Below, piece after piece: positions 27,141-42,781 of a stretch of DNA of 64,000 bases. Under the pieces are notes generated by a model, which ran no database searches, was not told where the DNA came from, and saw only the letters and a program-made list of their open reading frames with translations. The first letter of the stretch is position 1. Every line of letters starts with the position of its first letter. The stretch is from Eledone cirrhosa (Eukaryota), in assembly GCA_964016885.1 (NCBI GenBank), contig OZ024750.1, positions 26,040,001 to 26,104,000 on the forward strand, in the 5' to 3' direction. The position numbers and the translations under genes are program-made.

Positions 27141-28370
27141 ATATAGTAGAATAATCGAGTATCGAAAAATCGGCGCACGAGTTCACGATAAACAAAATTC
27201 GATATGAGCGGAAGAGGGCTCAATAATTCAGATAAATCAGAGCTATAACTATCGTTAAAATACCGTCACACACAGAACAAGTCTATAATCAACCGTACGA
27301 CCGAAAGATTGCGATATGGAAGTTTCGGGACATTCAGAAAAAAAAATCCAAAAATCAATAAATCAAATGAATGTAAAAAGCATAACCGGACCCGCTAGAA
27401 AGATGGTAAATCTAGCTTCTTGGGTTTCTGTAAATCCTTAAACTGCCCTCTATCAGCTCACATAAAAATATATGAGACTTCTAGAAGCCAGCGGACAGGA
27501 AAATTTACTTCCTCAACGAGCCTTTGTCCGAACGAATGAAAAGGCATAACCCAGGCTGAAGGAACGCACGTGTAATTCAGCAAGGGAGATAACCTCTACA
27601 TCCGCAAAAAATATTCGGGAAAATGTGGAAATACACATATCGAATAAGAGTGCTCAATAGACATGTTAAAATAAACAGGAGCTATTCATCATTTAATAGA
27701 ATCGACAAAAAATGAACAATAAAATTAACTGGTCAATAGCTAGGTCTAGTGCTAAATATAGTAGAATAATCGAGTATCGAAAAATCGGCGCACGAGTTCA
27801 CGATGAAAAAAAATTCGATATGAGCGGCAGATGGCTCAATAATTCAGATAAATCAGAGCTATAACTATCGTTAAAATACCGTCACACACAGAACAAGTCT
27901 ATAATCAACCGTACGACCGAAAGATTGCGATCTGGAAGATTCGGGACATTCAGAAAAAAAAAATCCAAAAATCAATAAATCAAATGAATGTAAAAAGCAT
28001 AACCGGACCCGCTAGAAAGATGGTAAATCTAGCTTCTTGGGTTTCTGTAAATCCTTAAACTGCCCTCTATCAGCTCACATAAAAATATATGAGACTTCTA
28101 GAAGCCAGCGGACAGGAAAATTTACTTCCTCAACGAGCCTTTGTCCGAACGAATGAAAAGGCATAACCCAGACTGAAGGAACGCACGTGTAATTCAGCAA
28201 GGGAGATAACCTCTACATCCGCAAAAAATATTCGGGAAAACGTGGAAATACACATATCGAATAAGAGTGCTCAATAGACATGTTAAAATAAACAGGAGCT
28301 ATTCATCATTTAATAGAATCGACAAAAATTGAACAATAAAATTAACTGGTCAATAGCTAGGTCTAGAGCT
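27141..28370. repeat. Head-to-tail dimer of an unclassified 615-bp unit between (TA)n
   Basis: atatagtagaataatcgag at 27141 and 27756; units nearly identical. Confidence 0.9.
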
Positions 28371-28446
28371 ATATATATATATATATATATATAAGGAACC
28401 AGATGGACCATATCGCACCAAAGTACTCAATACTTAGGGTAGTATG

Positions 28447-28524
<78 letters not shown>

Positions 28525-28617
28525 ATTTATATATATATATACATATAACATACTACCCTAAGTATTGAGTACTTTGGTGCGATATGGTCCATCTGGTTCC
28601 TTACCACATTTCCTTCG

Positions 28618-28673
<56 letters not shown>

Positions 28674-28759
28674 TATATATATATATGTATATATTTATAT
28701 ATATATATATGCATATATTTATATATATATATATGTATATATTTATATATATATATATA

Positions 28760-28791
<32 letters not shown>

Positions 28792-28799
28792 CTATCTAT

Positions 28800-29170
28800 C
28801 TAGGGCGGGTAAAATTCCCGAGATCCATGGACGAGTTCTCTCCTTCGGTCTCTGACCCTCATTATCGCAGCAATGTCCTGCGTCTCCAACAGACCAGTGT
28901 CTGTCTTTAGGGCATCAACATACGTTAACCTTGGTCTTCCTCTTCCAGTGTGTCCATGTAGCGGCTCCGATAGGAGCTCTGAGTGCAATGTCAACTCTGG
29001 ATGTCGGTGAGCATGTCCAGCTAACCTCAGTCTCTTCTGTGTCACTTTTGAGCTGACTTTTGGGATGCTCCCATACAGCTCTGAGTTTTTCACCTTCAGT
29101 GTATACTGATTAATGTTCAGAGCCATCCTCAGCATTCTCGTGTAGCACCCATGCACCATCTGAGTGAGTT
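28800..29170 (-). mobile_element. 3' fragment of RTE-clade LINE
   Basis: GCYTRMLRMALNI, RLRLAGHAHRH, GRGRPRLTYVDALK. Confidence 0.8.
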
Positions 29171-29172
29171 TT

Positions 29173-29222
<50 letters not shown>

Positions 29223-29339
29223 GAGAGAGAGCAAGAATGAAGTGTTCATTCTACTGACATGGCTATAAAATTGAGGCTTGTTTGCATAATTGCAAACGAA
29301 TCGAATGTTGTTATTAATATTCGAACAACTCAGATTACA

Positions 29340-29366
29340 TTTATATATATACATATATATATATAC

Positions 29367-29445
<79 letters not shown>

Positions 29446-29462
29446 TATATACATATATATAT

Positions 29463-29551
<89 letters not shown>

Positions 29552-29583
29552 TATATACATATATATATGTATATATATATATG

Positions 29584-29648
<65 letters not shown>
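29340..29648. repeat. Long (TA)n/(TACA) microsatellite, representative of dozens of (TA)n, (CA)n, (TATG)n, (ATCT)n, (CT)n, (TTC)n and (TAG)n tracts
   Basis: Directly visible. Confidence 0.95.
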
Positions 29649-29824
29649 TAGGAAGTGGTTTTTTTTTTACAAAATGATAAATAACCGAGGTGTCCTACAC
29701 AAGTGAAAGTATAAAGAAAAAAAGATGAAATCGAAAATGCAACTGGAGTCTTATTTAAAAAAACATATATATATTTATTTGGTTCCTTTGCGCGTTTCGC
29801 AGTTCTTCTGCTTTTCAAAAGTAC

Positions 29825-31660
<1,836 letters not shown>

Positions 31661-32546
31661 AATGTAATCTGAGTTTTTCGAACATTAATAATAACATTCG
31701 ATTTGTTTGCAATTATGCAAACAAGCGTGAATTTTATAACCATGTCAGTGGAATGAACACTTCATTCTTGCTCCTGTGATGGCATGCGAACAGAACTGCA
31801 GACACTAATGTTTCTGGGTATCACCCTTCATCCTTCATATCCATGTTTGTGTATTTTTAGCTGTAATAATCTTCCGGTCTTCTTGCTTCTATTTCTATTT
31901 TCTTTTTTCCTTTCTCTTTCTCCTTCTTCATCTTTCTCTGCCTCTTTTTCTGTTTCCTTCTTCATCTTTCTTTCCTTTCTCTACCTTCACTATTTCTATC
32001 TCGCCTCTTTTATTTCTATCTGTACCTCTATTATTACTACTCTTTTGGTGTGATAGTTTGAACTCGTAAATTTGCCGGTTACGAATTTATTTGTATGTTC
32101 TTTCTCTCTTTCTTCTTTCCCCCTCCCTTCCTTTCCATCTGTACTCCTTCTTCTGTTTCTCTTTATATCTTTATTATTAATATTAATATTGATGTGGTAA
32201 TTTAAAATTGTAAATTTACCGTTATGCATATTTCTTTTATTTTCTCTTGGTCTCTGACGAAATGATAGAGATAACATGTGTTTTAAATTGAGCGACACTG
32301 CTTTCTGTGTTTAGCAATTTTTAGATAACTCTATCATAGAATAAGTAAGACTGTAAGTAAATTTCCTTGTTTGTATGTCGACCATGTTATTCAATTTTTC
32401 AATTTTATTATTCAAAGATATACTTACACAGGAATACAAGTGAAGTAATAAACTCGTCATCAACGTAAACCTCTTGTTCAGTCTTTCAACGCCGTACGCT
32501 TAAACTATTCACGATAAGAAGTTTTCACAACCTCTAATCGGATTAC

Positions 32547-32602
<56 letters not shown>

Positions 32603-32697
32603 TTTTATATCAGTTATAAAATATTTACTCGTTAAATAAAACTTTTGCATATATTTTGCTCCAATACCGTTGAGCGCTTTATATTATAACTGAAAAA

Positions 32698-34927
32698 ATG
32701 GAATTCTTTAAGATCTCTTCTTCTCTAAAAGACATACCTCTACCTAGAAACAAGGACTTTATTAAACAACTAATAGATAAATCAGACTCCTTTATAAGGA
32801 GAATCAGGTGGCGTGCATTCCACTTTGATAAATCTAAATCTAACGTAAACGAAAATGTCTCAGACCTAGACAGAGTCTTCAAATCTAAAAAAAATCCACC
32901 CCCCAACAAACTTTTGAATGATTTTGAAAACGATATTATTTCTATCATACAAGGAGTCAGATTCAAGAGAAACTTCAATGGCCAGGAATATCTGAAAGGC
33001 ATTAGGGATAACATTGCGAGCTTAGAGAGAAAAGAGAAGATCTTGGTGAAATCGGACAAAACCAACAACCTCTATGGAGTGGAAAAAGACATGTATAATG
33101 GCCTCATACTGAAAGAACTAAGGAAAAAGTACAAGGTAGCAGATAAGGCTGAACTTGAGAAAATGAATGTTGAGGCATCATGTATAATGCATGAGTTGGA
33201 AATTGAGAACAAAACACAACCTTTCGTGCCTAGGAAACCCAAGATCAATATGAAAGATCACAAGAGAAATTTTGAAAATGACTTGCCAGTCAGGTTGATT
33301 GCACTATCAAAATCTGACCTGGGTAAACTTAGCAAGAACATTCTAGACAGAGTGATACAGCAAATTAAGGACTTGAATTGTTTACCTGGCTTGACCTTGT
33401 GGAAGGGAACTGGGGAGGTCATTGAGTGGTTTAATGAAATTAAATATAACAATAATAATAAATTTATTCAACTAGATATTGCTAACTACTATTCATCCAT
33501 TACCCCTAATCTACTTAATAAGGCACTAAATTACGCATTCAAGCATACAGACCTAACTAGCAATGAAATGCACATTATATTATCGGCAAGGAAAACTTTG
33601 ATAGAATTTAATAACCAACTATGGACTAGGGCAGATAGAGATAATAATTTTGACATTACTATGGGATCATCAGACTCAGCTCAGGTAACGGACCTTGTGG
33701 GCCTATTTATAATTAATTCGCTGCATAGGAAAATACCCGGTGTTACCGGTGGTTTATATAGAGATGACATGCTTTTACTTATTGAAAATAATAACTCTGA
33801 ACTAAATAAGAAAAGAAAATAAATTATACAATTTTTTAATTACCTTAATCTTAAAATAGAAATTGAGAATAACCATAGAATAGTCAATTTCCTAGACGTA
33901 ACATTTAATCTCAACACATGTCTTCACTATCCATTTCACAAGTTAAATGAAAACTTGAATTATGTCAATTTTAGCTCCAATCACCCCAGATCTGTCAAAA
34001 ATACTATAGTGAACTCTGTTCAAAAACGTATCTCTAGAATCTCTTCCAATAAAAATATTTTTGACGAAAAAGCCCAGTATTATAATGAAGCTTTAGCTAG
34101 AGCAGGATATAGTGATAAAATTATGTACATCGATAATAGACAAACTAACCAAAATAACAACAATCTTAATTACAGTAACAACTTTAACAACTATAATAGA
34201 AAGCACTACAATAATTTCAAAAACCAGAAAAGAAATAGAACTAGAAATATAATATGGTTTGCCCCCCCCCCCTTTCTCACTAAACATTAAAACCCACATC
34301 GCTAAACTATTTTTTAATGCTCTTGACAAACGCTTCCCTAGAACACATAAGTATCACTCAATTTTTAATAGACATACTATAAAATTAACGTACTCGTCCA
34401 CCAAAAATTTAGCACAAAATATTAATAGAATAAATAATAGGAATCTAAAACCTAGCCAAAATACCGAAAATAGCCTAAACAATATTCAACTAAAAAACTG
34501 TAACTGTAGAGATAGATCTAAATGTCCGCTAAATAACAATTGCTTAGTTAAAAATATAATATACAACTGTAATGTTAGAACTGATTTAAATTCTTTTAAT
34601 TATGTTGGTTCCACCTCGACAGAATTTAAACTTCGCTATAATAATCACAAAAATTCTTTCACGGATCCAAATAAAAAATCCTCAACATCGCTGTCAGGGT
34701 TACTCTGTCAACTTAAGCATGATAAAGTTGGCTATTCGATGGTTTGGAATATAGTCTCAAAAGGGATTCCTTTTAATTCCTCTTCTGAGACATGTGACCT
34801 CTGCGCGGAGGAGATATTCTTTATACTAAAATCTAAAAATTCCCTTAATTTACGAACCAATTTATTCAGTTGTTGCAGACATAGATTGAACTCAACATTT
34901 AAATATAAATATAAATTTAAAATGTAG
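32698..34927 (+). pseudogene. Nearly intact Penelope-like (possibly Naiad-like) RT + GIY-YIG ORF with one TAA and one frameshift
   Basis: LDIANYYSSI, MGSSDSAQVTDLVG, GLYRDD, NFLDV, CNCRDRSKCPL, IYNC...YVG, RYNNH, CDLC, CRH; in-frame TAA at 33820-33822; frameshift at poly-C 34262-34272. Confidence 0.9.
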
Positions 34928-36159
34928 TATAAAATGTAGTATATTTACTTAAGGTATTTGACTATTTATGAAACTTGGCGATAAATCTTTCGATTCCTTC
35001 AATTTTTAAAACCTTTCTGCATGAATATATAATTAATGAGATTAAATAAACTACCCTAAAATTGGCGTTGTTCCCAATCTTTTGAATAAATTTTTTAAGC
35101 TTGATAAACTTCTATAATAAATATAAGAGCATTTGTAGAATAAGTTTTGAATGATTTCTGCTAAATAAGGCTTGGTGAACAATTTTGGTTTGTTTGCTTT
35201 TGATTCTGATTCTATGTGACCGATATGCGTGGCATACTATGTTCTCTTGCGTCCCTAGATACTCTGTGGAGTGACGAAGATATTCTTGGCGTTTTTAATT
35301 TTAATTTTAATATTGATATCTGTTGTCTACTCTATGCTTGATCGATGATCATGCAAGTGAGGCTGAAATGTTATTTTAGATGTTAATGTAAATCTTATAT
35401 ATTTTATGTCTATATATATGTATATATGTATGTAAATGTATGTAGGGTGGAATCTTTTGTAACGCATTGAAGTTTTTCATGAAATATAAGAATATGTGCA
35501 GCGTATCACGTAGGTTCACATGTGCGTCTATATTTATCAACTTGAATTTGAGATAACCTTCTCTTTTCTCTTTTTTTTTTCACGAGAATGCATATATACT
35601 TATGTTTGAAGTTTTATCTCAAATTTTGCTTATAGACCTAAGAATTTTTAAACTGAGCATGTGGTCATTTTTTCACACTTTATGGATATGTGTCTCATTC
35701 ATGAATACTGATATTTACATTATAACACCTAATTCATAAAAATTGATAATTCAAATGGATGAGACATAATATATTTTTAATATATTTTAAATATATCATC
35801 TTTCTTTCTTTTTCTCCTTTACACTAGTTTAACTGTATCCCTTCCCTTAACCTCTCACATATACGATGATCATCTGTCCAAAGGCAGCCTACTATATATA
35901 TTTTTTCACCTCCTCAATGTATTTCTCTCTATCATATCTCCTTGTCTCTCTATCTCGCTCCGTTGTTTTTCTTTACATACATCTCTTCATCTTCTTCTTT
36001 TTTATTTACATACATCTCTTCATCTTCTTCTTCTCATCTTCGTTTTTCTTTCTATATAACTGTCATAACAGTTTCACTACCAAATCAACTTTTTAAATGG
36101 AAGTTGCATTATTACAAGGTATGTCACTAATTATTTATAAAACAGCTTATGTATTGTAT

Positions 36160-36219
36160 TTTGTCTGAGGAAGGCATAACATATTTTTAATATGATATCC
36201 CAGAAATATATATAACGAA
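36160..36219 (+). ncRNA. HHR near the 3' end of the Penelope-like element
   Basis: tttgt-CTGAGGA-aggcataacatat..atatgatatccc-a-GAAA-tatata-TA-acgaa. Confidence 0.7.
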
Positions 36220-36380
36220 ATAAATATGGTTTTATAAATATAGTTTCCATTTGTTTAATATCGTATATATATATATATATATATTGAAGTGTTCATTCTA
36301 CTGTCATGGCTATAAAATTGAGGCTTGTTTGCATAATTGCAAGCGAATCGAATGTTACTAATATTCGAAAAACTGTTATC

Positions 36381-36444
<64 letters not shown>

Positions 36445-36571
36445 ATATTATATATATAGGATAACAGTTTATCGAATATTAATAACATTCGATTCGCTTG
36501 CAATTATGCAAACAATACTCAATTTTATAGCCATGACAGTAGAATGAAGACTTCAAACTTGCTCCTGTGTT

Positions 36572-36614
36572 AGCAGACACTAATGTTTCTGGGTATCACC
36601 CTTCATCAGTGCAG
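36572..36614 (-). ncRNA. HHR, antisense, before EGF pair 2
   Basis: gca-CTGATGA-agggt-gat-accc-a-GAAA-cattagtg-TC-tgc. Confidence 0.75.
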
Positions 36615-37021
36615 TCTACTGTTCTTCTACAAAACCGTCAGAGCCAGTGAAAATATATACTATTTTCAAAAATACAGAGTGACTCATTGGCCTCATTTGC
36701 ATATCAGTAGACTGGCCAGTCAGTTTCCTGTATACGAGTGATAAATGGCCGACTTTGCCAAATTTAAATAAAAGAGACAATTTATATATACAAATATATA
36801 CACAACAAAGCCTGCAGCTCCATTCTCCTTCGCTGTCTCCTCTCCCTTTCTCTATGTCCCTCTTTCAATCTACTCTCTTACAACCACTATCTCTCTCTCT
36901 CTATCTTTCACTCTCTGTCGTGTGTGTTGGTGTGTGGTGGGTGCAGGTGTGTGCGTGCATGTGTGTGTATGTGTGTGTGTGAAATATGATGTTTAATATA
37001 GAAATCTTATATATATTTCAG

Positions 37022-37156
37022 AATGCCGAATAGGAAAGTTTGGTGTTGATTGTAAAGAGACATGCCATTGTATCAACAACACAAACTGTGACCATCGAAA
37101 TGGAAGTTGTTCAGATGGATGTACTGCAGGTCATACTGGTGACAATTGCCAAGAAA
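37022..37156 (+). CDS. EGF-repeat exon 3
   Basis: 135 nt, AG/GT: ECRIGKFGVDCKETCHCINNTNCDHRNGSCSDGCTAGHTGDNCQE. Confidence 0.9.
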
Positions 37157-37316
37157 GTATATCATAAACTTGTTACATAATTACAATAATTACTATATAC
37201 ACACACACATATATATGTGTATGTGTGTGTGTGGGGGGGGGGGTACAGGTGTGTATGTGCATGTGTTTGTGTGTGTAAATATGATGTTTAATATAGAAAT
37301 CTTATATATATTTCAG

Positions 37317-37451
37317 ATTGCCCAGTAGGATGGTTTGGTGTTAATTGTAAAGGGACATGCCATTGTAACGACAATATTAACTGTGACATCCTTAATGGAA
37401 GTTGTTCAGATGGATGTACTACAGGTTATGTTGGTGACAATTGCCAAGAAG
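37317..37451 (+). CDS. EGF-repeat exon 4
   Basis: 135 nt, AG/GT: CPVGWFGVNCKGTCHCNDNINCDILNGSCSDGCTTGYVGDNCQE. Confidence 0.9.
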
Positions 37452-38066
37452 GTATCTCATAAACTTGTTACGTATTTGCTACACACACACACACACACAT
37501 ACACACACACATACACACACACATACACCCACACACACACACACACTCACTTCAATCTAGATTCTCACTTGTACATTTTTGAATTTTTAATTTTTGATTC
37601 CTGACTTTTGATTTTTAATTTTTAGTTTTAATTTCCAACTCTCATTCATAATTTCCACTGTGAAACCATAATACCTAGAATTAAGTATATTTTCTCTTAG
37701 AGGTTGATGGTCAATTCTACTGTCCATCCTTAATGTAGGGTAGTATTGAGACCTATTGATACTCACACTCTCCCAACCCCACTAGCTTTCGGCTGACTGC
37801 CACTGACCGGGTGGCTAACAGTAAACCATATATTACAGGCCTGAATAGGTCAGTGTTTGTTTGAGAGGGGGAACTGCCTAGGCGAATTTCGTTGAATTCT
37901 GTGGTAGCTGATGGTCAATCCTTCGGACCTGCGCCTGCGCAGACCGGTGGGGGTGAATTGGTACTCACAAGGGAAACGGACGAAGAACCCTAGAACACAC
38001 ACTTCGTCCGTTCCCATGTCGATTCAATTTGGATGGCCTCGGAAACATAACCTTATTATGCAACAA

Positions 38067-38140
38067 GCTGTCTGACGATGTCGCGGCACTGGCGCACGGA
38101 ATAGTCTGTCCACTGTCACCATTGAAATATGTATCACAGC
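38067..38140 (+). ncRNA. HHR in a roughly 0.7-kb intronic insert (about 37555-38260)
   Basis: gctgt-CTGACGA-long stem II-GAAA-tatgta-TC-acagc. Confidence 0.7.
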
Positions 38141-38256
38141 ATTAATATTAAAGAATTTTAACATCTGAAACTACTTATTCGATATTTACTCCGTCACTCC
38201 TATGTGGAATAAGTACGTTGAGTGCTACAATTGAATTACATCAATATTTACCTTAA

Positions 38257-38311
<55 letters not shown>

Positions 38312-38443
38312 AATGTAATTTGAGTTTTTTCGAATATTAATACCATTCGATTCGCTTGCAATTATGCAAACAAGCCTGAATTTTATAGCCATGTCAGTAG
38401 AATGAACACTTCATTCTTGCTCCTGTGTTGGCATGCGAAGAGA

Positions 38444-38489
38444 ACTGCAGACACTGATGTTTCTGGGTAGCACCCTTCATCAGTACAGC
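38444..38489 (-). ncRNA. HHR, antisense, before EGF pair 3
   Basis: ctgta-CTGATGA-agggt-gct-accc-a-GAAA-catcagtg-TC-tgcag. Confidence 0.8.
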
Positions 38490-38955
38490 CCACTGTTCTC
38501 CTGTAACACCGTCACAGCCTGTGAAAATATATGCTATTTTCAAAAATACACAGTGACTCATCGGCCTAATTTGCATATCAGCAGACTGGCTGATCAGTCA
38601 GATCTGCATATTAGCCAGATTTGCATTTTAGCAGACTGGCCTGTCAGTTTCCTGTATATGAGAGATAAATGGCCAACTTTGCCAAATTTAAATAAAAGAG
38701 ACAATTTATATATACAAATATATACACAACAAAGCCTGCAGCTCCATTCACCTTCGCTGTCTCTTCTCCCTCTCTCTGTGGTCCTCTTTGAATCTACTCT
38801 CTTACCACCACAATCTCTCTCTCTCTATCTTTCACTCTCTCTCTTGTGTGTGTGTGGATGTGTGGTGGATGTGTGGTGGATGCAGGTGTGTATGTGCATG
38901 TGTGTGTGTGTGTGTAAATATGATGTTTAATATAGAAATCTTATATATATTTCAG

Positions 38956-39090
38956 AATGCCGAATAGGAAAGTTCGGTGTTAATTGTACAGGGACATGCC
39001 ATTGTATCAACAACAAAAACTGTGACCATCGAATTGGAAGTTGTTCAGATGGATGTTTTGCAGGTCATACTGGTGACAATTGCCAAGAAG
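38956..39090 (+). CDS. EGF-repeat exon 5
   Basis: 135 nt, AG/GT: ECRIGKFGVNCTGTCHCINNKNCDHRIGSCSDGCFAGHTGDNCQE. Confidence 0.9.
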
Positions 39091-39267
39091 GTATATCATA
39101 AACTTGTTACATAATTACTATAATTACTATATACACACACACACACACACACACATATGTGTATGTGTGTGTTTGTGTGCGTGGGTGTGTGGGAGGTACG
39201 GGTGTGTACGTGCATGAGTTTGTGTGTAAATATGATGTTTAATATAGAAATCTTATATATATTTCAG

Positions 39268-39402
39268 AATGCCCAGTAGGATGGTTTGGTGTTAATTGTA
39301 AAGGGGTATGCCATTGTAACGACAACAATAACTGTGACATGGTTTATGGAAGATGTTTAGATGGATGTACTGCAGGTTATGTTGGTGACAATTGCCAAGA
39401 AG
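39268..39402 (+). CDS. EGF-repeat exon 6
   Basis: 135 nt, AG/GT: ECPVGWFGVNCKGVCHCNDNNNCDMVYGRCLDGCTAGYVGDNCQE. Confidence 0.9.
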
Positions 39403-39675
39403 GTATATCATAAATTCGTTACGTATTTACTATACACACACACACACACACAACACACACACACGCTTTACACACACACACTCACACATATACATGTATA
39501 TGTTTGCGTGTGTATGTGTGTGTTTGTGCATGTGTTTGTGTGTGTGTGTGTGTGTGGAAATATGATGTTTAATATAGAAATCGCTTCTACAGGACTCGAA
39601 TAGATCCATCCAAAGAAATCATCAGGAAACGGCTTTCCTGGTGATTACTTTTGAATGAAATAGTTCTAATAGTTC

Positions 39676-39791
<116 letters not shown>

Positions 39792-39991
39792 TATATATAT
39801 AAATATATATATAACCTACGGTTAGCTATACTTTTTGTTGTTCTCCTGTCTCACTCGCTTTACGCGTTTCAATTGTCCTAATAACTTATTTTGGTTATTA
39901 TTGCACCGACGTGAGGTATATGATTTTTAATGCAATGAAATATCTATGATCGTCGGCAAATCACTGATGAGGGACTCATTTTATTACATGT

Positions 39992-40099
<108 letters not shown>

Positions 40100-40234
40100 T
40101 TTTGAGTTTATGTTGGTTGTATACTCCAGTTCCCCAGTGAATTAACAACCCAACAAGGAACTGGGCATATCAGAGTATTGACAATATCATACACCTAAAC
40201 AACATATGTACTTGTCTATACCATACTAATTCAA

Positions 40235-40289
40235 ACTGCCTGAAGAGGTCACAGCGAAGGATGGCTGTCACTGAAATATATATAGCAGT
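40235..40289 (+). ncRNA. HHR
   Basis: actgc-CTGAAGA-ggtcacagc..gctgtcact-GAAA-tatata-TA-gcagt. Confidence 0.8.
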
Positions 40290-40333
40290 AATAAACGAAG
40301 CTAAATTTTAATCATTTGACTTTTATTTAACTT

Positions 40334-40387
<54 letters not shown>

Positions 40388-40460
40388 GTTATTCCGGGTT
40401 GAATCGGAGGCAACCACAGTAAGTAAGGTACTCAATACATTGCAGAGTATAAAAGTTTTA

Positions 40461-40789
40461 ATATAGATGAGATTCTCCAGGACTAGAACTGTTTCATTCT
40501 TTAGAAATCATCAGGAATCTGGGTATCAAAAATTAAGTAGGGTATTTATAGGTCTCTTCAAGTGGTAGTAGAGGGATGGGTGTAGGTCATTGGTTGATAT
40601 ATAGCTTTGTAGAATTAGCTTTTAATGAATTCCCTTTTCTATCAACCAATAACCTACACCCATCCCACTCCCTACCCTCTCCTACCACTTGAAGAGACCT
40701 ATAAATACCAAACTTATTTTTTGATACCCAGATTCCTGATGATTTCTAAAGAATGAAACAGTTCAAGTCCTGTAGAATCTCATCTATAT
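40461..40789. repeat. Imperfect palindrome with HHR-like cores in both arms
   Basis: CTGATGA-tttc-taaa-gaat-GAAA at 40736 and its reverse complement at about 40492-40514. Confidence 0.75.
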
Positions 40790-40795
40790 CAAAAC

Positions 40796-40828
<33 letters not shown>

Positions 40829-40981
40829 ATATATATGTGTGTGTATGTAGGAGTTGTATTTAATTTGTTGGAATTCCGACAAACATATATGTTTATAACT
40901 GATATAGAGCACTCAACGATTTACTGGAGTAAATATTCCAAGATATTAATAAATGGAAACTATATTTATAAAACCATATTT

Positions 40982-41044
40982 ACTTTATTATATAAATTTC
41001 AAGAGCGACCAAGCAATTCTTTGTGCGCTTTCATCAGATAAAAT
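40982..41044 (-). ncRNA. HHR
   Basis: attttat-CTGATGA-aagcg...cgctctt-GAAA-tttata-TA-ataaagt. Confidence 0.6.
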
Positions 41045-41429
41045 ACAAAATTAGTTTTATAAATAATGACATACCCATGGAAATCACACCTTATCGGTCC
41101 GAAATTCACTGGATAGTGGAAACTTATTAGGGGTAATTCAAAGTTATGTGTAAATATGCAAATGAATGTATGAAAAAGTGAAAAAACAACCGTTTATTTC
41201 AATTACGCTGGGGGAGGATGAGAAGAAAGAGAGAGCGAAAAAATTACTGTTATGAGATATATAGAGAAATAGAGAGAAGAGAGAAATTTAACAGAGGATG
41301 AACTTATATAACGTAAATAAGTCTTAAGTTTATATTAAAGTTACATATATTTGGTAATTATTTTGTTGTTAGAATTCTAATATAATACAATATAATATTA
41401 AGTTTTATAGGTATAAAGGAAAATAGATA

Positions 41430-42302
41430 TAGCTCTGTTTCTTGACCGCTGTATCACGTGATTGACTCTCCCTCCGCATTTTCGAGATTCTATTTCGCGC
41501 ATTGCAGACGTGTTTTGAAATCCTTAATGAGGTTTCCTCTTGATAAGTCGGCAGAACCTCACAAAGACTCTATATCTCTATGATCTAGTGTTTTTGCATA
41601 ATATGCCAAGAAACTACGTAGTCGGGGACTATAGAAACAGCTAGGTATGATATATCTTATTACTAATTATATCTAATGTTTCTTCTCTCTTCATAATGTA
41701 CTTAATAGCTCTGATACTGAATCAGTCTAATCCATTCGGATTGTTTTGTCCCAGTTATTTATAGAGCAACATCGGTTGAGGTTGGCACCACTAACTCAGG
41801 GATATGTGTGGATATATTCATGTATATGTATGTGTCCGCATGTATCTGTGTGTTTCTCTCTATATATTGTTTATAACTCCCAACTCCCTTTGGTCGAGTA
41901 ACCTTTGAAGTGTAGTGACTGCTGGATAGCTAAAATTACTCATACTTCTCGCTTCCTCAAACCACCTCTTCTACGGCTTTGATTTGAATACGCCCTACGC
42001 CTCCGTGGTATTTTTTTCAGGGTTATAAAGGGCTTAGCTCTGTTTCTTGACCGCTGTATCACGTGATTGACTCTCCCTCCGCCTTTTCGAGATTCTATCT
42101 CGCGCATTGCAGACGTGTTTTGAAATCCTTAATGCGGTATCCCTTTGATAAGTCGGCAGAACCTCACAAAGACTCTATATCTCTATGATGTAGTGTTTTT
42201 GCATAATATGTCACGAAACTACGTAGTCGGGGACTATAGAAACAGCTAGGTATGATATATCTTATTACTAATTATATCTAATGTTTCTTCTCTCTACATA
42301 AT

Positions 42303-42310
<8 letters not shown>
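41430..42310 (+). mobile_element. Non-coding element with about 275-bp direct terminal repeats, each with a variant HHR (41535-41628, 42140-42233)
   Basis: tagctctgtttcttgaccgctg at 41430 and 42035; TTGATAA...GAAA-ctacgtag-TC-gggga in both repeats. Confidence 0.8.
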
Positions 42311-42373
<63 letters not shown>

Positions 42374-42487
42374 CAAGAATGAAGTGATCATTCTAGTGAC
42401 ATGGCTATAAAATTGAGGGCTGTTTGCATAATTGCAAACGAATCGAATGTTATTATTAATATTCGAAAACCTCAGATTACATTTATA

Positions 42488-42533
<46 letters not shown>

Positions 42534-42662
42534 TATAAATGTAATCTGAGGTTTTTCGAATATTAATAACATTCGATTCGCTTGCAAATATGCAAACAAG
42601 CATGAAATTTATAGCCATGTCAGTAGAATGAACACTTCATTCTTGCTCTCTCGCTCTCTCTC

Positions 42663-42781
<119 letters not shown>

